Assembly: GCA_000165425.1 (NCBI GenBank)
Contig: CT868661.1
Location: 62,001-126,000 of the forward strand
Source: Paramecium tetraurelia
Taxonomy: Eukaryota
Length of the DNA stretch: 64,000 bases
Reading direction: 5' to 3'
The notes beneath the pieces are model-generated. The model did no database searches and was not told where the DNA came from. It saw nothing but the letters and a program-made list of their open reading frames with translations. Positions 1 to 13,409 of this stretch are shown here, in pieces. Every line of letters starts with the position of its first letter. Position 1 is the first letter of the stretch. Both the position numbers and the translations under genes were made by a program.

Positions 1-1
1 T

Positions 2-877
2 ACTGTGAAGGTGATTATTGGTCATTTGAGAGTAAGGAAATCAGAAGTGAACTAGAGTAGTCTAGAACAATTCGACTAGTTAATTAGGAGCATTGATGAT
101 GAATAAGACAATGGTGAGTCAACTCAAGATCTGAAAAGTCAATTAATGGAGTTTGGATAAAATCAATTGGAGCCTCTAGTTTTACAGAAGTAGGATTCCA
201 ACTCAAGTCGCACTTCAAGAACTAGTATGAGTAAGAGCAAAGTGAACATCGAGGAATTAATTTCTAAATCATAGGCTTAATCAGTTTAATTTGATAATAC
301 TAGCATTACAGAAGGGTATGTGTATAAGAAGAAGGCCAAACAATAGAAATTAGTAACAAAGTGGGATCACAGATATGTTAGAATCAGGAAAGGATATATA
401 TATTGGTATGTGGATGAGAAATCCTGGAAATGCTAGAATAAGCTGAATGTGTAGGACATATTAGAGGTTGAGGGGAAATAGAATAAGTAGAATAAGTTTA
501 TATTGAAGATGAGAGGTGGCAAGATCTATGAATTCAAGGTGGATACAGTGGAGGAAAGGAATATGTGGATGAATGGAATAACTAATGAGAAGAGATAATA
601 GGAAGATGTTGTAAACAGCAAGATTGAGGCTTAGTAAGTGTAGACAAGCTAATTAAATATTCTGATTAAAAATTATGATGAAGAAATAATTACTAACAAA
701 ACTACTAATAATAATATTAATAATAATAACAAATTTAACAATTAATAAAGAAAAACAACATTAATAATCCAATAAAAAGAATACCCTTTAGAATTAGGAT
801 AAACAACTTTAAAGATTAAGAGAACAACTAGTTGCTGGACGTCGTTTATGGTTTGTTTAGGATTAAGCAAGGGTTGA
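2..877 (+). CDS. PH-domain protein, 3' part (starts upstream of window)
   Basis: Open frame with TAR=Gln to TGA at 875-877; PH-like segment EGYVYKKKAKQQKLVTKWDHRYVRIRKGYIYWY...YEFKVDTVEERNMWMNGI. Confidence 0.8.
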
Positions 878-931
878 TTATATAATAACAAATTGTAAAT
901 TATAATTGAATTATAATATAAATTAATATAA

Positions 932-2275
932 ATGGACAATATATATAAGTTTAAGGCTAGCAGTTCAGTGGGGCATTTAAAGAGTCTGAATAATGATAAA
1001 CAATTTTATTCAGAAGAGGAGAGCAGTAAGAAAGAGGAGGAGGAGAAACAATTGAAGAAACAAAGCAAGCCTCCTAGTAAAATGTCTCAATTCAGTCAGA
1101 ATGCAACCGGGTATTAAACGGATGACTCTGACAAAGAGACTCCCAAGAAAAATAAGGTCGGACCTTCAAGTAATGATTATGGGCATTATTTTAGGTTAGA
1201 AAGTGTCAAAATTTCGAAATTTGGTTAATTCTAAAAAGATTGAAGGGGACAACGATGATCCAAATTTCGATGATGATGATGACAAGCCAACAACAATTTA
1301 ACAATAGGTTCAACATGCTTAGTAGTAAAGTGAAGATTAATATGATGTGGAACAGTAGGCTAATAAAATGCAACAGAAATACGCTAAGGGTGAGGTGGGG
1401 AAGTCAACAAAAGTGAAGTAAGAGAGATGATAATGAATAGACACTCTAATACTCAACAGAGTATGGACGTGAATTCAGATGTAGAGCAGATGAAGAATAA
1501 GCAGAATCAGGAGGGGAAATTAAGGAATCATCCCTTTAGACACCTTATCTATGGTCCAAGTATAGGAGAGAATTCATTCAACAAATTTTTACAATTAACT
1601 CAAAGAGGCTTGGTCTATGCCAAAAAGTGCTTAAAAGGACCTTCAGATAAATTTATTAAATCCAAGATGGTTCAATTGCAAGAATGTCCAATCATTAAGC
1701 CAAAGACTCTCTTATTGGATTTAGATGAAACTCTAATTCACAGTTGTTCTCTAAGGGAGAATCCTTAAGTAACTGTAACAGTCTTTGGAGATTACGGGGA
1801 AGAAGCTAAGGTAATTTGATATAATGAATTATAGATTCATTTCAACATTAGACCATTTTGCACATGGTTCTTACAATAAATGAATTAGTTGTTTACAATT
1901 TATGTATTTACAGCTTCGTCATCTGCCTATGCAAATGCAATTGTGAATTATTTGGATCCAAAAAAGTAATGGATCATGGGGATTCTTTCAAGAGGAAATT
2001 GTATGGAAACAAAGAATGGCTTCTTCATTAAAGATCTAAGAATTGTGGGAAATAAACAATTGAAAGATATGGTGATAGTGGATAACCTGGCTCATTCTTT
2101 TGGTTTTTAAATTGATAATGGAATCCCAATCTTGGAATGGCATAATGATTAAAATGATCAAGAACTTAAGTACTTAGCTACTTACTTGATGGAAGCAGCT
2201 GAACAAGAGGACATTAGACAATTCAATATACAAAGGTTGAAATTAGATCAACTTATAGAATATAATTTAGATTGA
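932..2275 (+). CDS. FCP1/SCP (NIF/Dullard-type) HAD-family CTD small phosphatase-like protein
   Basis: TLLLDLDETLIHS (DxDxT), IRPF, YVFTASSSAYANAIVNYLDP, FIKDLRIVGNKQLKDMVIVDN, NGIPILEW; two tiny GT-AG introns (~1170-1194, 1811-1834). Confidence 0.92.
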
Positions 2276-2964
2276 TTCATTGACACACATAATATATATT
2301 AATTTATATTCGGTTCTTGCTATTCAAATTATGAAATATACTAAAATGATGATCCAATGAAATTATTCAAATTACTCTAACACCAATCAATTTTGAGGCA
2401 ATTGAAAGAGACATCATAATAAGATTTATGGATACTAATTAATATATATATTTAGATTCTTGAATCAATAATATATCTGCATTTATATAATTTATATTTA
2501 TTTAATTGTTAAAAAATCACTTCAAAAAAGTATTTTAACACAACTCAAAATTTATATCAATTTTTATTCTTAGAAAACTTCATAAATTTTTCATGAATAC
2601 TTAATGCATTCAAGAAATTAACCCAAACCTCTTTTTAAATTTGTCATCGGATTGGATTATAAATTCAGTATTTAGAGAGGTATTTTCGTGTTTAAGAAAA
2701 TTTATAAAATGCCTTTAATTTTTGATCAGCCTCCTAATCTATTCATAGGGCTTTTTTAGCTGATTGATTCTGATTATTAACTTCATCCCTTAATATCAAT
2801 TGCATTATTATTATATACTGTAATAAAAATAAAAACGATCTATAAATGTTTGAAGGTATAGGATGGTGCTTCCTTGAGGCCAATTTAAATGATGGTTTGA
2901 TAATAAGCAAACCTAAAAATAAAAAAATTGAATATCTCTCTTTTTATAAATATTTTATGATAGA

Positions 2965-4002
2965 TCATACGACTGTAACTTGTTTTACATAATTTCTTCT
3001 TTCGCATATTTCATTAGAGAATTTTAGTTTTAGACGAGAATCCTCTCCATCTCCCCATTAATTGTACATACTTATGTGAATTAATGCCATTATAATCGCT
3101 AATTTATCCACTTATCTGACACTTTCAAATTGAATTGCATAGCGCGGGTAATCAATAGTTGGACATAATTTGCAACATTGCCCTTGCATTCCAGTTATTC
3201 TAGCACACGCTTGACACCCTGTTCTAAAATTAAGGATTTCGCATTTTCCTTATGTAAGTCCTTCCACGTGATACTTCTTACTAGTGTTAAATAAATCACA
3301 ACAGCCTAGAAATAACATTTCACCATAGATTGATTATGGACAACTATTTTTTGATGGTCTCACTAACAACCTATAATTCGAATCAAATGGGGATGTGACA
3401 ACCAGTTATGGAAAGGAAGATTTCAACCCTGCGCAGTATTTATCAAAATAGTTTCGATCTGTTTATGTAAAATTAAAAATAACTTCACCCTTTGCTTTTA
3501 TGAAGCCTACTCCTCTTTGCCAAAATTCCATTCTTAAATATGAATTATCCATAATGTATAAAGCTTCAGGCAAACGATGGACTTGATACATGCAAAGGAG
3601 AATTCTGATCAGATAATAAAGGCAATAGGCAAATGGTCTGAAAATCCACCAAAGAATGGTAAAAATCGCATCAAAAAAACAACAGCAAAAACAGTAGTAG
3701 CAATTATCTCTAAAGCAAGTAAAGCATAGTAGTGTGCAGCAATGAAATTTCTCAATTGAAAATGACAAATCTCCAAGGCCTTGGATACTGAACTCAGATT
3801 TTTATGAATAAGGACCGAATCCACAACAATTTGGTTTGACCAGATGGAAAACATGCTCGAACTCTACTTCATTCGGAATTTTAATATCTGATATCAATTC
3901 TTCAAGGTCATGCAATTTTTACGCGATTGTTTCTTGAGAATCTTAAGTATTCTCATTTATTTGTTTATATCTTATTTCTGGGATATATACTATTTTATCC
4001 AT
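2965..4002 (-). CDS. Cys-rich protein, possible phospholipid scramblase-like family
   Basis: Intronless 345-codon ORF in ciliate code; Cys-rich (CCTLLCFTC, CFCCC), C-terminal YAIQFESVRQVDKLAIIMALIHISM resembles the scramblase/tubby-like terminal helix. Confidence 0.5.
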
Positions 4003-5618
4003 TATTATAAAGAATAAAAATAAAGGATCCTTAATTTGAATACCGAATTCTATCATTTTTATATATTTTTCTGATAATGACCGACGGAATTATAAAAGAA
4101 AATAAATGTTGCAAGTCATAAAGAAAAAAGATATGTTCATTATGCTCCCAGGCATTAATTTGAGATCAGATTCCTTCAAAATTGAAAAAAAGAGTGAATA
4201 CTTTTTCACAAGGTGATAGGAATCTTTTCTTTGAATAATAAGAATTTGAAGTTTAACTATTCATATAATCACATAATTAATGTTTGATATTAAATAATGA
4301 AGCTAAGCAAAAATGGAGAAAATTTCAGCACATCCTTTCCATCATTATTATATTTATTTATTAATATAAATATTTTCTTATTATACTATGATGTCAACTG
4401 AAACTTCTAGTAATTTTTATCCTCGATATAGAGTAGCAAATGAAAACTAAAGTACCTGGGGCTTCTCAGAATCCTTAATTAATTAATAATAATATGATAG
4501 ACACACACGTATTATAATATTAGAGGTCTATCTTATAAAAACGATTGTAATTTATTTCCCATGAAGACTTCAACGAAAGATGTTAATGAAATAGGGAAAT
4601 ATCTTCAGGCCAGTTGTTAATTTCACTATTTTAATTGGAATGACATCCTATTAGTAATTGTGATTCATCATGGTTCAATACTACCTTATTAACAATATTA
4701 AATTACATTTGAATTAAATTCATTAAAGCATTCAATTTAATCAACTTTATCAGCTTATTCCCTAATCATAGTATAGGGATTTTATAAAATACATTAATTA
4801 TCAATTATTAATTTTTCTAATTAATTAATTAATTAATTAATTAGGTGCTGCTGATAGGACTCAAGAATTTTGCCAAACTTCTTTCTCTTCCGTATATCAT
4901 AATGTTCATTCTGAAAATATTCGTTTTAGTATCCAACATCTATTGGAATTATCAAAGCTCAATTTAGTTATTCTTATACATTTTATAGTTTCAGTACTAC
5001 TCTAATTGCTATTAATTGATAGGTACTGAACCTAAGAGGCACGTATTCCGAGACCAGTATTTACATAATATAACAACTTTTTCCAAGTTCAATTAAATCA
5101 TATAAATCATCATCTGCTATTTCGTGCAGTATTTGATGAAATTATTCTCATTATTTTTATACTTATTCATCAATTTCTTAAATTTGATAATTTCAAATAT
5201 TTTAACCTTTGAATTATTTTTTTGTAATAATTTATTTTTGTATTATAATATTTTAATCCCTTCATATGATCAATATAGAAATCGTTTGAATCTGAAAAAT
5301 CCTCCTTATCATCGAATTCATCTATAGATAGTATTACCTATAAGTTAAAAGTATTTTCAGAAATTGATTTTTCAAAAATATCCATGGATATATATCATAC
5401 CCATTCAATATTATGAAAAGGATTGTTGAAAGGGTTGAATCCATAAGAATAAATAGTTGTTTGAAATTTGCTAACTTATTGATCCTTCAATAATTATTTA
5501 TATTCCTATTTATAAATACAAGGCGTTGTTGCTTTTATTAACTACTGCTGTCGTTGAAAATAAATTGGTAATTATTACATAAAATTAATGCTATTTACCA
5601 TATGATGATTTTATTTCT

Positions 5619-6056
5619 ATGATAATGATAAATAATAAATCGAGCATAAGAAAAAGGGCTAAATCCTCATTGAATTTTGTTGTTTCAGTGAAGTATCAGA
5701 ACATAGAAAGATCTCACAACAATTCAATGGATAGTTTGAACACTCGCGTTATGGAAGTCTACGAATAGCAATAGAAGGATGATCAGACACAGATACAAAG
5801 GTTGTTGATAAAGAAGCAATTGCTGGAGATTCGAATTCGTCATGAAAATGAGAAATACCAGGAAACCCAGAACAACCATTAGTTATTGTTGCAACGATAA
5901 GAATCGATGGAGAATAGCCAAAATAAGTACATCTCACAAATGAACCAATTGACTGAGTGTCTACGAGAGATAGTGTAGTAAAATCAAGAGATGGAGAGTG
6001 CCTATGATGACAAGTGCAAAGAATATGAGAGTTTGATATAAATATTTAATAAATGA
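5619..6056 (+). CDS. Hypothetical coiled-coil protein
   Basis: 146-codon ORF, Q/E/K-rich heptads (QRLLIKKQLLEIRIRHENEKYQETQ), TGA at 6054-6056; alternative start at 5727. Confidence 0.6.
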
Positions 6057-6064
6057 ATTAAGTA

Positions 6065-7783
6065 ATGGATTCAGAAGGTGAGGAGGCCGTGTTAAAAGCT
6101 GGAGATATCATCTAAGGAAGATTTCGTATTGGAGATCTTCTTGGAGAAGGATCATTCGGATCTGTCTTTAGGATCTACGATACTCAGAATAGCAATTAAG
6201 TCTTGGCAATTAAAGTGGAGTAGGAATTAGAAGAAGAGGAAAGCATGTTGGAAAGAGAAATCAAGATCATGATGGAATTGAAGTAACAAATTATTCACCA
6301 TATTCTTTTTAGGAAGAAACCTGGGTTCCCACAGATATTGTACTATGGGTAGGAGAATCATTATGTCTATTACATTATGAATATACTTGGACCTAATCTT
6401 GAAATTACGAGCAAGAAGTGCGGAGGGTCCTTCTCTCTTGTAACAATGTTGAGATTAGCCATTCAGGTATATGAATAATGTACTTTTTAGCGTAGATGCT
6501 TAGCCGAATTGAAACATTGCATTCTATGCGTCTCATTCACAGAGACATTAAGCCAGACAACTTTGTTTTGGGATTAGGATAGCAATAAAACCTTTTACAT
6601 CTTATTGATTTCGGATTGTCTAAATTTTATGTAAATTCCAAAGGAGAGCACATCAAACAAGTGCGCAAAAAGGGATTGATTGGTACAGCCAGATACGCTA
6701 GTATTAATGCACACAATGAACTTGAATAGAGTCGTAGAGATGATCTAGAAAGCATTGCTTATATCTTGGTCTATTTGGCTACTGGAACTCTACCTTGGAT
6801 GAATCTCCAAATTGAATAAAAGGATCTCAAATATGCTAAAATATTGCATCTCAAAAAATTGACAGCCCCAGAAGTCGTATGTAAAGATCTACCAGCATGC
6901 TTTACCAAATTTTTAACGGCTGTACGTAAATTAGATTTTATTACAACTCCTGATTATGTCACTTACAAGAAGCAATTTCAAAACGAGCTAGAAAAACATT
7001 AAGGACAAACCTATTATGATTGGGAAGTGGTGGGAGATAATTCAACAAAAAAGAAGAGTAACACAATGCATATTATGCCAGTATTATTTATATTAAGCGA
7101 AGGATCAATTAAAATAAAATAATAGTCCTAACAATTTGCACATTATTAGTAATGGAAATGGATCTAATAAAAACACTGTCACATATGGTCAGGATCAAAT
7201 CATTGAAGGGGATATGGACAAGAAATTGAATCTGTAGATATCAACCAAAGGTGTGGATAATAAATAATTTGAAAGGTTTGAATAGATTTTGCAATAGAAT
7301 CAGAAGAAATACTATAAGATGAACAGTACAAAGAGGCAAAACTCTGGGAGGGCTAAAACACCTGTGATGGTCAATGTGATAGAGCCAGACGTAATAAATG
7401 TCTATAGTATTTAGAACCAAATTTAGCAACAATAGTATGAATAGGTTTACGATGAAGTGCAATACATTGCCAAATCAGCTAAGTTCTTGTAACCTCCTTC
7501 GACTCCCAATGGCAGAAATTCCTCATCCATTATAAATCCCTATTATATTCCATCTCTCAACACCTCACAAGTGAACAATTACGATTGGAGCGAAGGAGAA
7601 GAAATAAGCAATGAAGGCACTCCTCTGTGGTGTATGTATGTAGAAAAAGAGAGATAAAATGTGATGACAGGAATTTAAACCAAAAAGAAGAACTCAATTA
7701 AACATAATAGCTTCAGTGTTCTATCTTATCCTATCTAGAATTAGGTAAGAGGAAGTGATGAAGAAATATTTGATATCGAATGA
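6065..7783 (+). CDS. Casein kinase 1 family Ser/Thr kinase with long low-complexity C-tail
   Basis: LGEGSFGSVF, AIKVE, HRDIKPDNF, LIDFGLSK, GTARYASINAH, EQSRRDDLES; introns ~6283-6312, ~6467-6496, 7081-7102. Confidence 0.95.
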
Positions 7784-7993
7784 CCATTAGTGTTCTTAAT
7801 ATATATATATATTCACTTATGGTCTATATCAGTATATTCAATTAAGATTTATAGAATGTTTTACTTCTCATTTCATTCTCAGAATTGCATATATATTTTA
7901 TTATATATCATTGACATGTAATATAATTAGTAAATAATTAAAAATCATAAATTAACTAAATTTAAGAATTATGTTATATTTGTTATTCATATT

Positions 7994-8395
7994 TCATTAT
8001 TCTAAGAATTATTTCAATGCATTTTCATTAAATAATTATTCCTCTTCTAATCTAATTGCTTCCTTATTGTCATGGACTAATAATAAAGTTGGAATTGATT
8101 TAATCTAAATCCACTCAGAGACTCTAGCAGGGTTATTTGGATCTTTCCATCTAATTAAATGTCTATAATCTTACGTTTCCTTATCACCTGCCCAACACCA
8201 ATATACTTTATACCCTTTCTACAACAATTGTGGAATTGCATAATTCTTGATTGTAGGTTCAGCTTCTACAGTATCTGAGCACCATGACTAACCAGTTTCA
8301 GCTAGAACATCTCCAACAAAGATTAACGCTGCCTTTCCTTCTTTATTGACCTTTTCAGAATAATTGGATGTTGTGATTTCGATAACTTATTCCAT
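7994..8395 (-). CDS. TRP14/TXNDC17 (DUF953)-like thioredoxin-fold protein, atypical WCSDT site
   Basis: ETGQSWCSDTVEAEPTI...AGDKETWKDPNNPAR...IKSIPTLL...RLEEEQL matches TRP14 pattern; one 24-nt intron. Confidence 0.85.
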
Positions 8396-8657
8396 TAAAT
8401 ATATGATTAAATAATAATAATCTAATATAGATACACTAATGATAAATTGTTATAGGACAGTCATAATATTTATAAAATACTATATAATTATAGAATTAAA
8501 TGATATTCTCTCGTAGTACATTTGTAATATTTCATAAAGTCATACGATCTTAAGAAAATGATATATGTTTTAATCTTATAAAAACATCCAGATCAAACAA
8601 GGAATTGGGATAATTGAGTGAATTATGTATAATATTATAGTTTTTATTAATATTATT

Positions 8658-9534
8658 TCAAAATGGTTGACTTAACTATTTAAGTTATCTGGAAATTTGT
8701 GAAATGTCTTATTAAGTGAAGATTTTCACCAATTTGTTTGAGGAACAATTTTAGCATCCATCACATTTACAATTGTCTGAACACTCTATACCCAATTAGT
8801 AACATTCACAATATTTCTTTTTGCAACCACTCTTTCTGCAATTGCATCCCTAGTATGATATTTATGAGGTACTTTAGAATGTGCCAATTTGTAATCAACT
8901 TCTTTGACCTTCTAATTGAATGCTTCTGGATTCCTTTCTACCATTTTCTCAATAAATTGATTTCTCTCTAATAGATTTGAACTGTTATTAAAACAACCAC
9001 AACAATTGCACTTTGAGGAGCATAATTTACCAGCTGCAAAACAATCGCAATATAATTTCAGGCATTTACTTTTCTTACAATTGCAAGGCTTAGCTTCTTC
9101 AATCCTATAATAAAATTTAATTAATAAAATAAATTTTATTAAGTTTATATTTTGAATATGATATTTGAATTTAAAATATAATTCTTTATCGTATTGTGAT
9201 TATAAGTGATATATGATACATACTCTTATTTTTAATTGCTAGCATTGGTTTTAAACAAATTTTATGCTAAGTTATTAATATTTCCGATTGAATTCTGTGA
9301 TGAGAACTTTAAAAAGGGTTTTTGTTCTGAATTGCATACAGAAATATTTTTTGTTTATGGAGTTCTACAATGCTAAGTTATGAAAACATACTAAAAGTTG
9401 CTTTAGTGAAAAGTTGATGGAAATGTTATCTCATTACTCTAGAATATTTTCTTAATTGGTGGAGTACATAAATTTAGGTTCTTATTTGTTTCTTAGGACT
9501 CAGTGAATATAGTATCACAGTTTCGATAGGACAT
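8658..9534 (-). CDS. Tesmin/TSO1-like (LIN54-type) double CXC domain protein
   Basis: CNCKKSKCLKLYCDCFAAG...ERNPEAF...[20 protein letters not shown]; introns 9105-9223 (long) and a 23-nt intron near 8850-8872; start codon uncertain. Confidence 0.88.
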
Positions 9535-9616
9535 TGACAGACGTGTTTAAATTTTTAAAATTAAAATCAAATATTGGCAGCATTATTTGTATAAATACAT
9601 CAGTTAATATTGAGAT

Positions 9617-11190
9617 TCATTCCATTTATTTTTATAATTTGAGAATCCTTTCATAAAGTTGATTGTGTTTCATATCAGCCAATTTGGCTTATTCTCTCTA
9701 CACATTGGAGATGGATTCAATTCTACCAAACTTTGATTCGAATTTGTCTAATTTATCGATAATCTCATGTTTCTTGGGCACTAATTGCGCAAACAGTTTC
9801 TCATGATTTATCTAATCAATCAATGTGGACTCTTACATCTTTCGATTTAATCTTAGATAAGGCAGTCTTAAAATCGAATCCCTTATCGTAAACTTGTTTC
9901 TTATTTGCTTCCTACTGGATCTTCTATGACAAAGCATCCTGCACTTTCGTACAAAAACAATACAGTTATTTCACATATTCATACTCAATCGCTAGATTAC
10001 AAAATGACCTTGCCTCATTCAATATAGATTAATAGGGTTGATTAAATTGTTTCTCAAAGAGACATTAGATATATTCGATATCATTCTAATTTTTATTGAG
10101 AAATTGCTTTTGAATGAAATGCTGCAAATCACTGCATTCTTTAGAGGATCTCGGCATCAATCGAATGGCTTAATTAGTAAAAGTGTCTATCAATTCAGAG
10201 TGATTATTCAGGATATAAAATACTTAATATTAAAATGTTAATGGCCGAAACTTTTGGCATTCCTAATCTTCGAAGATCAGTTTCTCCAAACTTTATGGGA
10301 TATAAGGTTTCAAAGTTTTGAGTACGTATTTAGTTCCTTTAAACATTTATTCCAATCCCTAAATTAGGAATTAGACTTACTTCGATGTTCAACGGCAAAT
10401 TGGTAAGATTGTAGGTGAGATTCATGAAACCAACAAATTTCTAATCATTATCTAATAGATTTTCTAGTTTGTTTTTTCCATTCCATATTTGACACGTATC
10501 TTCGAATGCCAATAACAACTTGTACATTTGTTGCTTTAATTCGACTGATCTAATATTTATAGGCACTATACTTTTTGTCTCTCAATTCTCTTTAACTCTC
10601 TCTGCGAATAGAGGATTGAGTAGGTAGTTTCTACTTTTCAATTGAAATTTCAGTCTGTTGTGATCTTTGATGAGAATGTAATGTCATTTAAGATTTAGCT
10701 AACCTAATTTTAATTAATTTATCGATTCTTTCAGGTTTTTGATCCTTTTAGAGTAAAGATTTTAGAAATTGTTATTCATTATCGAAACTGTCAAGATGAG
10801 ATTACATTTTTTTGTTATTGTTATACATGGTTACGTCTTCTCGATTGATGTTTAAATCTTTTTGAAGGGTACCTTAATTATTTTTATTTTTGTTTGAGAA
10901 GATAACAAGGCACCGGATGAGTCTTGATTATTAAGTTCTTTTTAAAGAATCAAAGTTCTTCTTTTCATTATACGTTCTTGGCCTATGGAATTCTAGTTAT
11001 ATTCTGTAATGTTGTTAAAGGCACTTAATTGGGATTTGGAGTTTGGAGAATTGGAAGTTTTGGTTATCTATTTCATCAGCCTTCTATTTTCGCTTTTGGA
11101 TCTGGCAATGCTTGTAATTTAGGTCTGGAGTTAGTAATCCCTAGACTTTTCAATAATGTCTTCTCCATAATAAAATTTCTAACTATTCAT
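9617..11190 (-). CDS. Hypothetical protein
   Basis: Continuous frame from ATG 11190 to TGA 9617 after removing three 22-25 nt GT-AG introns; no recognised domain. Confidence 0.7.
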
Positions 11191-11246
11191 AATAATAAAT
11201 TTATTTGCAAGAGAATATTTTGACTTGATGAAATATGAATTTAAAA

Positions 11247-12887
11247 TCAACTGATGAGGTCTTCGATTATCAACTCTCCAGAATCATAATACTTCAGTTT
11301 CCTATAAATTCATAAAGTAAAGGAATACTTCATAGTTTAGCCGTTATAAGTAGTTTAACAATTAAATTATCCGCATTTCAATCCATTAGAGTACTCTCCC
11401 TCTTCAACAGTGGTTTCTACTTATTGTTTTAGATTCTCAACATACTTTTTTGTGGTTGTTTCCACACATTACCCAGATGGTTCATTATTCAAGAAGTTAC
11501 CTTCAATTCTATAATAATGCAGATGATACTCTAAAATACTTTCGATTATCTGAAAAAAACATAGTGCCTTTGCCACATCTCACTCCTTTCTTAAAAGATC
11601 CAACATATTTGGTTTTCTTATCGAGATCTTCTAGAGTACCTTGTCCATCCATTTCATTATCCTTGAAATCTCCAACATATCTAATTGAATTGAATTATCC
11701 AATACTTCTAAGTCTTACAATCCAACTCTCCTTTGCCATTCAATTATCCATCCACAAAATTGCCCTTAATCCTTAGATTTCGAAATATATATGTACGTTC
11801 CAAATTCTTGGTTAATTAGTTCTCCTTAGCCGAATCGTTTGCCTGCCTTCCAATACCCTTTATACCTAATAGAATAACTTTGAGATCATTACAAATCGCC
11901 ATTCTAATAATGAAATTAGCCATAACCATCAAATAGACTATCCTTAAAGTCTCCTTCATATCTTGGATTACAAATAACTGTTTACCTTTCACAATTAGAA
12001 TTAAATAATATCCCATAGTTCTGGATTTGATAATAAAAGAGATCTATAAACTCAAACTCGCCAAGCAAGAGTTCTTTCTTGATTACATTCAATGATATCC
12101 CATAACAGAATTATCCATTAATGAATGCACCATAATAGACATACCCTTTGTTACTCAGGTACAACAATCCCTTTCCATTGAATTCATCATTTTCTTATTA
12201 CCCAATATACGATGTGTTTCCATCTATTTTTTCTTTAAAAACAAATTGAGCATGATGAGATTAATCCAAACAATACTGTTTTGGAATTTATAATTCTTCA
12301 ATTTACTTCTAAAATTGATAAGGTAAATCAAATTTTTTAATAAGCGATTTCATCTGATCCAAAAATATGGACTCTGATAAGAAACCAACCTATTCATCGA
12401 TGTCCATTCCTATTGAGAGTATTTTTTGCATGAACTAATTGATTTACATCTATAATTAATCGAATTTCTTAGCCACACTCTAGTCTAATACCAAATGTAG
12501 GTATTAGAAATGATCTTGATTGGGAGAATCTAGGGATTTTATGTTGAAATTGTCAACAAATTGAATAATCCCACTCAACTCTGCATATTAGTTGTTTATC
12601 TAATTTTCTATTCCAGATAAATAGAATTCCAATAAATCCTTTAATTTTTATACCTGCATATCAAATTCAAATTTCATTTGCTCTATCCTTCCATTCTCTG
12701 TCTCTTTGATTATTGTTTCCTTTGCACCCTATATGCATGATTAAAAGTGTTTTATCGATTGGAAATTTAACTTTTGCTTGTTCTCTTTGTAACATTTCTC
12801 ACAACTCCATAATATTTGTTTCTATTATATACAAAAATATTCCATTGGTTTTTGATCATGACCAAGCTTATTGCATTTCTAATTCAT
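11247..12887 (-). CDS. B-box-like Cys/His N-terminus, coiled coil and MORN repeats
   Basis: N-term CNKLGH..FC..CEKC; repeats YEGDFKDSLFDGYG, YKGYWKAGKRFGQG, YVGDFKDNEMDGQG, YVGSFKKGVRCGKG; several tiny introns. Confidence 0.85.
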
Positions 12888-13104
12888 AATAGAAATAGAT
12901 AATATTTGATAATTAAAATAACTCAAATTATTGATCTATTTAATATCTAGATTATTGATATATAAACAGAAATACAATACTATTAGAATATTTAAATTAC
13001 TTCTCAGTTGAAAATGGAAAATAATAAATATTATCTAATTTTAATTGATCATTAAGTATTAATAGTTCCATCTTTCACTTTAAGAATCAAATTAAATTAT
13101 TATT

Positions 13105-13398
13105 ATGGATCAGGAGGAAATGAAGAATATTATTTAATCTATTTACTATTGAGAATCTATTAACATCTTATTTTTGGCAACTAAGTTGAAACCATCTATA
13201 ATTCACAAGAATCTGAAAGATCTCTTGAGAAAAATCAAATATTATCTTGAGGATAATGTTCCAAATAGATAATCACTTGGGGATTAAGCTATTGCAAAAT
13301 TAATCTATGAAAATCTATTAAAATACTTTCATATATCCACTTTAGGATTTTATAATGTTTACAATTGTATGAATAAGTTAAGATGCATATATTTTTGA
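13105..13398 (+). pseudogene. Possible short degenerate ORF with in-frame TGA
   Basis: MDQEEMKNIIQSIYY*ESINILF...; TGA at 13150-13152, frame continues to TGA 13396-13398. Confidence 0.25.
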
Positions 13399-13409
13399 AT
13401 AAAATATTT

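Noticed and set aside
4818..4843. (TTAA)n run, potential piggyBac-type target or hairpin
   Set aside because: Simple microsatellite in very AT-rich DNA; no terminal inverted repeats or transposase nearby
4388..5385. ORF-like fragments on both strands (MMSTETSS.. plus; MDIFEKSIS.. minus)
   Set aside because: Short, interrupted, no motif; long open frames arise by chance when TGA is the only stop. Possibly old pseudogene debris
5619..7783. Coiled-coil ORF as an N-terminal extension of CK1
   Set aside because: TGA at 6054 and an 11-nt offset put the two out of frame; I found no convincing intron that fuses them
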